A program made the translations under genes and the position numbers. Positions 1 to 10,532 of a stretch of 64,000 nucleotides of DNA are shown one piece after another. The notes beneath the pieces were generated by a model. It did no database searches. It was given only the letters and a program-made list of their open reading frames with translations, and was not told the origin of the DNA. The DNA lies in assembly GCA_963514005.1 (NCBI GenBank), contig OY740799.1:8680001-8744000 (forward strand), read 5' to 3'. The stretch's first letter is position 1, and every line of letters starts with the position of its first letter. This stretch comes from Raja brachyura. Lineage: Eukaryota.

Positions 1-379
1 GAAACCACTGTGGGAACTGATGGAGCAATGAAAACTGGGCAGCAATCTAACTGACGGGATAGTTTCAATTAGCACTCGGCCTAATAGAAAACTCAGGCAC
101 GGAGAAAGGGTTGCAAGAGGAAAACAGTGGCTCGTGGAATCAGTCTATTAAAGGCCCCACATTATTTTAAACCATTGTTGACATGAATCACGGTTGTCAG
201 CATCGGATCACAACATTTAGCAAACTGCGCATCTAGTAGATATTCAACACACAAAAGGTTAAAACTGGGCACGAGTGAGAATGATTTGGCACAGGCAACA
301 AAATCCCTGGGAGACCTTTTGAGAGCCCTGTGGTTTTCCCCAGGGTTCACATTCCAGTCAGGAGCAGAGCAGAAAGAAT

Positions 380-526
380 CTCTCTCTCTGTATCTCTCAC
401 TCACTCACTCACTCACCTCACACACACATGCATGCACACTCACTAACTCAAACACTCACTCACGCACACACACACACTCACTCACATACATACTCACACG
501 TATGCCGACACAGACACACACACACA
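380..526. repeat. (CT)n/(CTCA)n/(CA)n compound microsatellite
   Basis: Runs of tctc, cact and caca visible directly. Confidence 0.85.
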
Positions 527-610
527 AATCAACCCACCAACTCTAAACAATAGTTTAAGAGGACAATGTTTTTCCCCAATGACGGTGTCCAAGTGTTTTT
601 GTCTCAAGAC

Positions 611-882
611 ACCATATAACCATATAACAATTACAGCACGGAAACAGGCCTTCTCGGCCCTTCCAGTCCCTGCCGACCATTCATTTTCCCCTAGTCCCAT
701 CTACCTGCACTCAGACCATACCCCTCCATTCCCTTCCCGTCCATATACCTATCCACTTTACTTCTAAATGTTAAAATCGATCCTGCCTCCACCACTTCTG
801 CTGGAAGATCATTCCACACAGCCACCACTCTCTGAGTAAAGAAGTTCCCCCTCATGTTACCCCTAAACTTCTGTCCCTTAAT
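611..882 (-). mobile_element. CR1-clade LINE 3' fragment (subfamily with TATGGTTA tail)
   Basis: Minus-strand peptide GQKFRGNMRGNFFTQRVVAVWNDLP...MEGYG; tail accatataaccatataac; near-identical copies at 22461 and 45469. Confidence 0.85.
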
Positions 883-1185
883 TAACACAAAATTAAAAGG
901 AGAGGTGGTCACACAGTTTTGGTGTGACTTCATCTTTTATTGGTTTAAGGGGTCCAAACTACAATACAGTGAACATGCACAAGGGGCGAGGCAGGGGCAA
1001 GGTGCTATGTCATGGCATTGATGTATGGCTCACAGAGAGGACAGAAGAGAGTTGAGAGAGACCGCAACGTGGAATTTAATGGAAAGAATGAGTTGGAATA
1101 AGAGTGTGTAACTACCACAGTGTGAATGCATAGGTTAGAAGGGATATGGAAGTAGGAGCAACAAGAGATGGGTGTTAACAAGGGT

Positions 1186-1490
1186 GCAGCACAGAAACAG
1201 GCCCTTCGGCCCAGCGAGTCCGTGCTGACCAGCGATCCCCGCACACTAGCACTATCCTGCACACTGGGGACAATATTTGACAATTCTTACCAAAGTCAAT
1301 TAACTCACAAACCAGTACTTGTTTGGAGTGTGGGAGGAAACCCGGAGAAAACTTGCACGGTCACGGGGGGGGGGGGGGGGGGGGGTGGGGAAGACATACA
1401 AACTCCTTACAGACAGCACCTGTAGTCAGGATCGAACCCCGGGTCTCTGGCGCTGTAAGGCAGCAACACTACCGCTGCGCCACCGTTCCG
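1186..1490 (-). mobile_element. HE1-like tRNA-derived V-SINE
   Basis: Reverse complement has A box GGTGGCGCAGCGG, B box GGTTCGATCC, central ggtttcctcccacactccaaa motif and gggccgaagggcctgtttc tail. Confidence 0.85.
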
Positions 1491-1541
1491 TCGACATTTT
1501 ATGTCGATAAAGCAAAGATGATTATCAGAGGGGAAGGTGGC

Positions 1542-1616
1542 CACAAAATGCTGGAGTAACTCAGCGGGACAGGCAGCGTCTCTGTAGAGAAGGAATGGGA
1601 GACCCTTCTTCAGACT
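1542..1616 (-). mobile_element. Penelope 3'-terminal (pLTR) fragment, hammerhead partly deleted
   Basis: cacaaaatgctggagtaactcagcgggacaggcagc...gacccttcttcagac, homologous to the 3' end of the Penelope at 7059. Confidence 0.7.
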
Positions 1617-1889
1617 GAATGTGGGAATGGACAATACACCTTTACTTGTCACCTGGTCTAGCGTTGTCGAGTGACTCAAACTTGTTCCTCCATTCTCCAC
1701 ATTCTGTTGCACAGGATACAACCCAGGTTATAAATACGTTCACACAAGGCAACCTGGTTTGTGTAGGGGAGTTTATAGCTTTGAAGGACTCTGTATATAT
1801 CTGCACGTAACTAAATTATATAGACATAAATAATTAGTGACGGGTAAAAATGCAGCACCTTGTCTCCAGTGTGTCTGAACCAGTGCCTT

Positions 1890-2444
1890 ACATAGAGGAA
1901 CATAGAAAATAGGTGCAGGAGTAGGCCATTCAGCCCTTCGAGACTGCACCGCCATTCAATATGATCATGGCTGATCATTCATCTCAGTATCCTGTACCTG
2001 CCTTCTCTCCATACCCCCTGATCCCTTTAGCCACAAGGGCCACATCTAACTCCCTCTTAAATATAGCCAATGAACTGGCCTCAACTACCTTCTAGGGCAG
2101 AGAATTCCAGAGACTCACCACTCTCTGTGTGAAAAATGTTTTCCTCATCTCAGTCTGAAAGGAATTCCCCCTTATCCTTAAACTGTGACCCCTTGTTCTG
2201 GACCTCCCCAACATCGGGAACAATCTTCCTGCATCTAGCCTGTCCAACCCCTTAAGAATTTTGTAAGTTTCTATAAGATCCCCCCTCAATCTTCTAAATT
2301 CTAGCGAGTACAAGCCGAGTCTATCCAGTCTTTCCTCATATGAAAGTCCTGACATCCCAGGAATCAGTCTGGTGAACCTTCTCTGTACCCCCTCTATGAC
2401 AAGAATGTCTTTCCTCAGATTTGGAGACCAAAACTGTATGCAAT
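1890..2444 (-). mobile_element. CR1-clade LINE 3' fragment
   Basis: ORF 2092-2355 LSYEERLDRLGLYSLEFRRLRGDLIETYKI...FFTQRVVSLWNSLP; (TTTCTATG)n tail. Confidence 0.9.
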
Positions 2445-2599
2445 TATATAGTCTTCATTGTAACTAAAAGCAACAGGACGCTGCGGGAACTGCTCCAGTA
2501 CATCGAGCGCGCGGGCCGACTGGACTTTGGAACACCCGCATGCGTAATATATGCAAAACCCATTTCACTGCACATTTGTATATGTGACCAATAATGCAT

Positions 2600-2790
2600 C
2601 ATGGAACCAGTGCCTTCCATACAGTTTCTAGTGGAACTGAACCAGTACCGTCCATAGTCTCCAGTGGACTTACTGTCTTCCATACAGTCTTCATTGTAAC
2701 TAACCCAATGTTGTACATGGTCTCCATTGTAATTAACCCAATGCCTTACATAGTCTCCAATGTTACTGACCCAATGCCTTCCGTAGTCGA
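2600..2790. repeat. Degenerate ~30-bp tandem repeat
   Basis: Recurring units like catagtctccattgtaactaacccaatgcc; one further unit at about 2447-2466. Confidence 0.65.
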
Positions 2791-2974
2791 CAGCACATCA
2801 GGGAGAGAGAATGCCGCAGGACCAAAGCCACAAACTTCAGATGTGATGTTGAATGACCACCTGTCCTCTTCTGCAAACAATCCCATGACCAGTGGTCTGG
2901 GGGTGGATTCCCAGTGCCCGGGGCAATGTCTTCCCTCCACCAGCACCACAGTAACTGATGACCCGGTCCTCATC

Positions 2975-3330
2975 TTGGTTCTTGGATCGTGGTTGGTTCT
3001 TGGTTTTCCAAAATATTCCAAATCGAATTTAAACTGGAGGTGGTGAAGGGAGGACTTAAGCCAGAAAGGGTTTGGGTAACTATGGTAGGGTGGAGATTAT
3101 TCCGTGCTTTTATTGTGCGGGAGAAGAACGAATTGCTGTACGCATCTGTCTTGGTAGCTGGGACCACAAATTGGTGTAGGGCTTGTAATCTATGTCGAGC
3201 TGGCCATTTAACATTTTGTAAAAACAGGTCAAAGGGTGAGCTTCACGTCTGTCTTGCAGAGGGTTCCACCCCAGAGAATTCAGAAGTTTGGGGTATCACT
3301 CGCTTCTCTCTCATAGGTGTTGGTAACATC
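2975..3330 (-). mobile_element. CR1/L2-group LINE ORF2 C-terminal fragment (subclade uncertain)
   Basis: Minus-strand VPATKTDAYSNSFFSRTIKARNNL and upstream VTNTYEREAS; (aaccaag)-type tail. Confidence 0.65.
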
Positions 3331-3864
3331 GCATCGCTCTAGAGGGACACAGTTGCATGCAACCGGCTGTCATGTTTTGTCCAAAGCCCACACTGGAGGC
3401 TGCTGTTTGTTGCTTTAAGCCCAGATCCCTGGGTTAGAGCTTGCACATTTTTACTGCCAAATTGCTTCTGCCATGATTACACTCGGCCTGATTACATCCA
3501 TGTAGGTGAAATATTGCCACTGTTATCAATCTACACTCCAAAGAGATGGATGAGGAGGTTTTATTACTGAGAATGTTCCAAGCCTCACTAAAGACGATAT
3601 GAAATAACTATAAAAGATTGGAAAGGCTGACAACGTGTTGCTGAATTCTAAACTGCCTCCATACATTGTATCCCGCAGAGACTGGGGGAGAGAGAGGGAG
3701 ATCAGGACAACGGGGGGGGGGGGGGGAGAAACAGTGAAGAAAAAGAGAGATAGAGAGGGTGCAAGGCAGTGACTGAGCAAGAGAGAGGGAGGAAAATAGA
3801 GTACAAGCAAGGGGGTGAGAGAGAACGGCACAGCAGGCACAGGGGAGAGAACATGATAGTGGTA

Positions 3865-4021
3865 GGGTACACAAAAAGCTGGAGAAACTCAGCAGGTGCA
3901 ACAGCATCTAAGGAGCGAAGGAGATAGGCGACGTTTCGGACTGAGGAAGGGTCTGGACCCGAAACGTCGCCTATCCCCTTCGTTCCTTAGATGCTCCAGC
4001 ATCTGCAGTTCCTTCTTTAAC
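3865..4021. mobile_element. Penelope-derived inverted-arm mini-element with 14-bp TSD
   Basis: Inverted arms; flanked by acatgatagtggta at 3851-3864 and 4022-4035. Confidence 0.85.
3941..3968 (+). ncRNA. Minimal type I hammerhead ribozyme core
   Basis: CUGAGGA-A-GGGU(CUGG)ACCC-GAAAC-GUC. Confidence 0.75.
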
Positions 4022-4038
4022 ACATGATAGTGGTAACT

Positions 4039-4280
4039 NNNNNNNNNNNNNNNNNNNNNNNNNNNNNNNNNNNNNNNNNNNNNNNNNNNNNNNNNNNNNN
4101 NNNNNNNNNNNNNNNNNNNNNNNNNNNNNNNNNNNNNNNNNNNNNNNNNNNNNNNNNNNNNNNNNNNNNNNNNNNNNNNNNNNNNNNNNNNNNNNNNNNN
4201 NNNNNNNNNNNNNNNNNNNNNNNNNNNNNNNNNNNNNNNNNNNNNNNNNNNNNNNNNNNNNNNNNNNNNNNNNNNNNNNN
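4039..4280. other. Assembly gap followed by (GGGA)n tract
   Basis: N run; gggaggga repeats at 4281-4365. Confidence 0.98.
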
Positions 4281-4389
4281 GGGGGGAGGGGGAGAGGGAG
4301 GGAGGGAGGGAGGGAGGGAGGGAGGGAGGGAGGGGGACGGGGAGAGGGGGAGAGGGAGGGGGAGACGGGCAGACAGAGTTGACTTTGGA

Positions 4390-4689
4390 GTTACAGCATG
4401 GAAACGGGCCCTTAAACCCATCGGGCCCTTCAACCATCAATCACCCATTCACATTTTTTTTAACCTCATCCCAGCTTCACATGCACTCACTACACGCTAG
4501 TGGCCATGTACAGAGGCCAGTTGACCTACAAACCCGCGCGTCTTTGGGATGAGGGAGGAAACCGGAGTAAACCCACGCGGTCACAGGGACAGCGTGCAAA
4601 CTCCACACAGACAGCACCCGAGGTCAGGATCGAGCCCAGGTCTCTGGCACTGTGAAGGGGCAGCTCTACCAGCTGCACCACCGTACTGC
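4390..4689 (-). mobile_element. HE1-like SINE (older subfamily)
   Basis: acagcacccgaggtcaggatcg, ggaggaaaccggag and ctctaccagctgcaccaccgt motifs. Confidence 0.75.
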
Positions 4690-4912
4690 TCAAAACTCAG
4701 AGTTGGGCAGGGAGAAACAAAAAGGAAAATCTTTGCACTTCCTTATCTCAAAAGGTCCCAAATAATTTTTCAACTGGTGATGGAGGAAATTCAGCAATTC
4801 AATTTGTGCACCAGCCCGTCTAGTCCATATCTCATCCCCTCAGCAACAAACGACCTGTTGAGCTTTTTTTATGCAATACTGTTAAGGGATAAAAATTACT
4901 CAAAACAAAATA

Positions 4913-5201
4913 GGGCGGCACGGTGGTGCAGCGGTAGAGTTGTTGCCTTATGGCCCCAGAGACCCGGGTTCCATCCTGACCACGGGAGCTGTCTGTACAG
5001 AGTTTGTACGTTCTCCCTGTGACCACGTGGCTTTTCTCCGGGATCTTCGGTTTCCTCCCACATTCGAAAGACGCACAGACTTGTAGGTAAATTGTCCCTA
5101 GTGTGTTTAGGGTAGTGTTGGTGTGCTGGGATCGCTGGTCGGCACGGACTCGGTGGGCAGAAGGGCCTGTTTCTGCGATGTATCTCATAACAAAACTAAA
5201 C
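4913..5201 (+). mobile_element. HE1-like SINE, full length
   Basis: gggcggcacggtggtgcagcggtagag head, V-domain-like core, aaactaaac tail. Confidence 0.88.
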
Positions 5202-5435
5202 AGAGAAAAGGCCTTTGCTCTTCGTCATAGGAGGTGCCTTGAGAATTGCTGCTTCTCACAGAGAGAGCAGTGGGGCTTCTCTTTAAAAACTGGTGACCAA
5301 GGCACTGAAAGACCACAATCTCGTAACTATTGTGTGACCTCTGCCTGCCACCATCTGACTATGGAGATTATCAACGGGAGATGACTAACACTTCCCTTTA
5401 ACACCACTACCTGCCCCCAACAAATGCATTCCACC

Positions 5436-5712
5436 AGACACTAAATACTGGAGTAACTCAGCGGGACAGGCATGGATAGGTGACGTTTCAGGCCAGGACC
5501 CATCTTCGGACTCCAGCAGTACGTGAGGGTCTCAGACAATTCCCATCGGAGAGAGGAGAGGAACGTCTTCAAAGTAGGTGTGCCTTGAGCGGTAGAGACA
5601 AGGAACTGCAGATGCTGGTTCACACAAAAGGACACAAAATGCTGGAGTAACTCAGGGGGTCAGGCAGCATCATTGGAGAACATGGATAGTTGACGTTTCA
5701 GGTCAGAACCCC
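5436..5712 (-). mobile_element. Two Penelope pLTR fragments
   Basis: ggagtaactcagcgggacagg...gacgtttca at 5436-5511 and aggaactgcagatgctgg...gacgtttcaggtc at 5595-5712. Confidence 0.65.
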
Positions 5713-5950
5713 CATTCCCGAAATACAAAAGCAGAGGAATTGATAATGAGTTAATTCAGTTAATGAGTTAATGAGTTTACTGTTATAAAAAAATAATAAA
5801 ATATTTTTAAAAATCTGCCTCATTTGCCTATTTTACAACTAGTGAATACACTTCTCGAATGGCCAGAACTTGGCTGAGAATTCCCTCTTGGTAAAACATC
5901 TATTACCATTCACTGTTCCGAACTTTCGCTAATTAAAGGCTATCAGAGAG

Positions 5951-6160
5951 TAGTTTGAGTTTAGCTTATTGTCACGTGTACCGAGGTGCAGTGAAAAGCT
6001 TCCTGCTGCGTGCTAGCTAACCAGTCGGCAGAAAGACAATACATGAATACAATCTATCCATTTACAGTGTACAGATACGTGATAAGGGAATAACGTTTAG
6101 CGCAAGGTAAAGCCAGCAAAGTCTGGTCAAGGATAGTCTGAGGGACATCAAAGAGGTAGG
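5951..6160 (-). mobile_element. Rex1/Babar-type LINE 3' UTR fragment
   Basis: Reverse complement of the cactgtacctcggtacacgtgacaataaactaaac tail that ends the coding copy at 30995-31590. Confidence 0.7.
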
Positions 6161-6164
6161 CACA

Positions 6165-6363
6165 AAGATCTGCCAATGTTGGAACCTCGAGCAAAAAAAC
6201 CAACTGGTGGAAGGCTCAGCAGGTCAGGCGGCATCTGTGGAGGGAATGGGGAGGTGACAATTCATGTAAGGGTCCTTCTTCCGCCTTCAGTATCATCATC
6301 TAACCATTCCCTTGATAGATGCAGCTTGACCTGTTGAGTTCCTCCAACACATTGTGTTTTGCT
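6165..6363. mobile_element. Old Penelope-derived inverted-arm element
   Basis: ggctcagcaggtcaggcggcatct ... agatgcagcttgacctgttgagtt inverted arms, diverged. Confidence 0.6.
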
Positions 6364-7125
6364 ATTAAATGATAGTTGCTTACTGAGTAGTCGTTTATCA
6401 GCAGGGGTCACATTGAGTGCTGGGAGTGAAAGGCCAGTCAATTCTATGAGTTAAGCTTAAATAAAACAAATTCTTTGATCTATTGTCTGAGAATCAATTA
6501 TGAGTCGTGGCCGCTTTTTGTGAAAATCGAGGGAGAAAAATCTTTAACAAAATGATCGAGGGAGGGGAGATCTTTAACAAAATTGCAAGATTGCAATCAT
6601 TGATTCCAACAAGCCGCACAAGCGGCGTTAATTTAAAAAAGTAATCAGAAGGAAGCTGAATCAATTCCATAAAATAAGGTCATTCATTGCTAAGTTAGTG
6701 CGCGGGGGCTGGCTGCTTATCAGAAGGTTACTGGGCAGGGGGTAATAAAGCAGGACAAATTCATAGTGCTCTTGGGTCAGTTTTAATTGCCAGGCACTAA
6801 TTATCTGGCTAGCATTCCAGCAGCAAGATTAGATTATATGGGGTTTTTTAATTTCCTTGACAGGTTTGGCTGGTAATTCAAGTGAACTCTCCCCACTCTA
6901 CTTCAAGAACCCCACTCCATGTCCGACAACTCTTCAATATTCTCTTAATTGGTAATAAAGTCCCGAGATTGTCAAAGCTACTGGAGAGATAAAAGTTATT
7001 TTTTTCCACAAACACCCTTCGCACTCAGCCATCTCCTCAGTCGCCGTGTTGAGTTTCAAGGGTTACACAAAAAGCTGGAGAAACTCAGCGGGTGCAGCAG
7101 CATCTAAGGAGCGAAGGAGATAGGC

Positions 7126-7153
7126 GACGTTTCGGGTCGAGACCCTTCTTCAG
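7126..7153 (-). ncRNA. Minimal type I hammerhead ribozyme core in Penelope 3' UTR
   Basis: Minus strand CUGAAGA-A-GGGU(CUCG)ACCC-GAAAC-GUC. Confidence 0.8.
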
Positions 7154-7387
7154 ACTGGTTAGGGATCAGGGAAACGAGAGATATAGACGGTGATGTGGAG
7201 AGATAAAGAACAATGAATGAAAGATATGCAAAAAAGTATCGATGATAAAGGAAGCAGGCCATTGTAAGCTGTTTGTAGTGTGAAAATGAGAAGCTAGTGC
7301 GACTTGGGTGAGGGTGAGATAGAGAGAGAAGGAATGCCAGGGCCCGAGGGCTGAGGGAGAGGTGGGAAGGGGAGGAGGCAGCAAGGG

Positions 7388-8680
7388 TTAACAGAATTGA
7401 GAAAATTCAATGTTTAAGCCCAGAGGATGCAGACTCCCCAAGCGGAATATGAGGTGCTGTTCCTCCAACTTGCGGTGTTGCTCACTCTGGCCGTGGAGGA
7501 GGCCCAGGACCGAGAGGTCGGATACGGAATGGGAGGGGGAGTTGAAGTGCTGAGCCACCGGGAGGTCGGGTTGGTTATTGCGGACCGAGCGGAGGTGTTC
7601 GGCGAAACAATCGCCCAGCCTCCGCTTGGTCTCACCGATATAGATCAGCTGGCATCTGGAGCAACGGATGCGGTAGATGAGGTTGGAGGAGGTGCAGGTG
7701 AACCTCTGTCGGACTTGGAAGGACTGCTTGGTTCCCTGAAAGGAGTGGATGGGGGAGGTGAAGGGACAAGTGTAGCATCTCTTGCGGTTGCAAGGGAAAG
7801 TGCCTGGGGAAGGGGTGGAGCGGGAGGGAAGGGAAGAATTGACAAGGGAGTTGCGGAGGGAGCGGTCTTTGCGGAAGGCAGACAGGGGGGGAGATGGGAA
7901 GATGTGGCGAGTGGAGGGGTCACGTTGGAGGTGGCGAAAGTGGCGGAGGACTATCTGTTGTATGTGCCGGCTGGTGGGGTGAAAGGTGAGGACCAGGGGG
8001 ACTCTGCCCTTGTTGTGAGTGGGGGAATGGGGAGAGAGGGCAGTGTTGCAGGGTATGGAGGAGACCCTGGTGCGAGCCTCATCTATAGTGGGGGAGGGGA
8101 AACCCGTTCTCTGAAGAACGAGGACATTTGTGATGACCTGGTGTGGAACACGTCATCCTGGGAGCAGATGCGGCGTAGACGGAGGAATTGGGAATAGGGG
8201 ATGGAGTCCTTACAGGAAGCAGGGTGGGAGGAAGAGTAGCCCAGGTAGCTGTGGGAGTCAGTTGGTTTGTAGTGGATGTCGGTCAGGAGTGTATCACCTG
8301 CAATAGAGATGGTGAGGTCAAGGAATGGTAGGGAAATGTCGGAAATGGTCCAAGTGTATTTGAGTGCCGGATGGAAGTTGGTGGTGAAATGGATGAAGTC
8401 AGTCAGTTGTGTGTGGGTGCAGGAGGTGACATCAAAGCAGTCGACGATGTAACAGAGGTAGAGGTCGGCGGTGGGGCCCTGGTATGCCGAGAACAAGGAT
8501 TGTTCGACGTGCCCGACAAAGCGGCAAGCGTAGCTAGGGCCCATGCGTGTGCCCATAGCTACGCCTTGTGTTTGGAGGAAATGGGAGGAGTCAAAAGAGA
8601 AGTTATTGAGGGTAAGGACCAACTCCGCTAGGCGGAGGAGGGTGTCAGTGGACGGGTATGGGTTGCTCCTCTGGTCGAGG
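7388..8680 (-). pseudogene. Penelope RT / GIY-YIG endonuclease ORF remnant (frameshifted)
   Basis: QTQGVAMGTRMGPSYA, YIVD (degenerate YIDD), LPFLDL, YKPTD; then CNRKRCYTC and SNLIYRIRCSRCQLIYIGETKR...LGLNIEFSQFC-stop (stop at 7388-7390). Confidence 0.9.
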
Positions 8681-8683
8681 AAA

Positions 8684-8938
8684 TGAGTTTCATTGTCTGT
8701 AACCCTTTTTCACCGAGCCACAGGGTAACAACGGCCTGCTTCCTTTATCATCGTTACTTTTTTGCGTATTTTTCATTCATTTTTTTCTGTATCTCCCCAT
8801 ATCATTGATTGTATCTCTCGTTTACCTTTCCCCGAGACTCTCAGTCTGGAGGAGGTTCTCGATCCGTAACGTCACCTATTCCTTTTCTCCAGAGATGCTG
8901 TCTGACTCACTGAATTACTCCAGCTTTTTGTGTCTATC
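8684..8938 (+). mobile_element. Older Penelope 3' UTR (host of the 7059-8683 insertion), decayed hammerhead
   Basis: ggcctgcttcctttatcatcgttactttt...ctggaggaggttctcgatccgtaacgtc...ccagctttttgtgtc; left part lies at about 7030-7058. Confidence 0.7.
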
Positions 8939-9139
8939 CACAGTATCATCAATGGCTTTGGGGAGTTAATCTGCCTCTTTGTTATCCCAGACCAAAGCAT
9001 TCTTGCCAAGGTCTCCTGAGGATTTGGCATTCTAGTCACACAACCATTTCAAGACTGCAATTCTCAGCATGCCTTTCTAAACTTCACCCAGTGGTCTACC
9101 CCCCTACTGTTTAACAAGCACTGGTTTTCGTTTTTTTTT

Positions 9140-9910
9140 AGTTTTATAGATACACGTGGAACCTGCCAACCAGGAATACCCGTACACTATCCTACACACG
9201 GCAGACAATTTACAATCTTAACCATAGCCAATTGATCCACAAACCTTCTGGTCTCCAAATCTGAGGAAGGACATTATTGCCATAGAGGGAGTGCAGAGAA
9301 GGTTCACCAGACTGATTCCTGGGATGTCAGGACTGTCTTATGAACAAAGACTGCATAGACTCGGTTTATACTCTCTAGAATTTAGGAGATTGAGAGGGGA
9401 TCTTATAAAAACTTTCAAAATTCTTAAGGGGTTGGACAGGCTAGATGCAGGAAGATTGTTCCCGATGTTGGGGAGGTCCAGGACAAGGGGTCACAGCTTA
9501 AGGATAAGGGGGAAATCCTTTAGGACCGAGATGAGAAGGACTTTTTTCACACAGAGAGTGGTGGGTCTCTGGAACTCTCTGCCACAGAGGGTAGTTGAGG
9601 CCAGCTCGTTGGCTATATTTAAGAGGGAGTTAGATGTGGCCCTTGTGGCTAAGGGGATCAGAGGGTATGGAGAGAAGGCAGGTACGGGATACTGAGTTGG
9701 ATGATCAGCCATGATCATATTGAATGGCGGTGCACCTAATTTCTATGTTTCTAACCTGTACGTCTTTGGATTGAGGAAGCGTCCGGTGAAAAACCCACAT
9801 GGTCACGGGGAGAACGTACAAACTCCGTTCAGACATCACCTGGAGTCAGGATCGAACCCGGGTCTCCGGCGCTGTGAGGCAGAAACTCTAACAGTGCGCC
9901 ACAGTGCCCC
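9140..9910 (-). mobile_element. HE1-like SINE split by a CR1 insertion
   Basis: SINE halves 9140-9246 and 9753-9910 rejoin as ccacaaacctgtacgtctttgg. Confidence 0.75.
9247..9752 (+). mobile_element. CR1 LINE 3' fragment with 5-bp TSD aacct
   Basis: ORF 9291-9695 is the CR1 ORF2 C-terminus; aacct at 9242-9246 and 9753-9757. Confidence 0.88.
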
Positions 9911-10204
9911 CCCCCCCTCGCCTAGACATGAAAGAAACTGACCCAGAGAGCACCTGTCGCAGAGTTATAAATAAGGGAAGAATGGACTGGAGTGATTTAT
10001 CAATGAAATTGTTGTACCACCATCTTAATATCATTAGCTGGAGGACATCAATCTCATAAGTCAATCTCTTCAATGTAGAAAACTACTGGTGTTTATTAAA
10101 TTGAATATTGGAGAACTTTCCGAATAAAATAAGTTTATGACAAGAAAGCCTAATGATGGATTAAATATTCAAAGAAGTTTCCTTCCTCGTCTTTAACTAC
10201 TTCT

Positions 10205-10532
10205 ACCATAAGACCATAAGGTACAGGCGTAGAATTGGACCCATTTACCGTCCCATCACGTCCACTCCGCCATTCAATCATGGCTGATCGGTCTTTCCAT
10301 CTCAACCCCATTCTCCAGCCTTCTCCCCTAACCTTTGACGCCCTTCCTAATCAAGTACCTAATCATCTCAGTTTTATAAATACCCAATTCTAGACCTCCA
10401 CAGCCTTCTGCGGCAATGAATTCCACAGATTCACCACCCTCTGGTTAAAAAAAAAATCTTCCTCATTGCCATTCTAAAGGTACGTCCTTTTATTCTGAGA
10501 CTGTATCCTCTGGTGCGAGACTCTCCCATTAC
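10205..10532 (-). mobile_element. CR1 LINE 3' fragment
   Basis: ttccacagattcaccaccctctgg; accataagaccataag tail. Confidence 0.75.

Larger units (their letters stand above)
7059..8683 (-). mobile_element. 5'-truncated Penelope-like retroelement (Neptune-type) with 9-bp TSD
   Basis: RT and GIY-YIG remnants, 3' UTR hammerhead, TSD tgagtttca at 7050-7058 and 8684-8692. Confidence 0.9.

Noticed and set aside
4913-4990. tRNA genes at GGTGGCGCAGCGG...GGTTCGATCC motifs
   Set aside because: Each continues into the SINE body; these are tRNA-derived SINE heads
7427-8197. 256-aa plus-strand ORF
   Set aside because: Antisense shadow of the Penelope ORF; no independent motifs
8684-8938. 5' inverted pLTR belonging to the Penelope at 7059
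   Set aside because: The TSD closes the element at 8683 and this segment has different diagnostic bases
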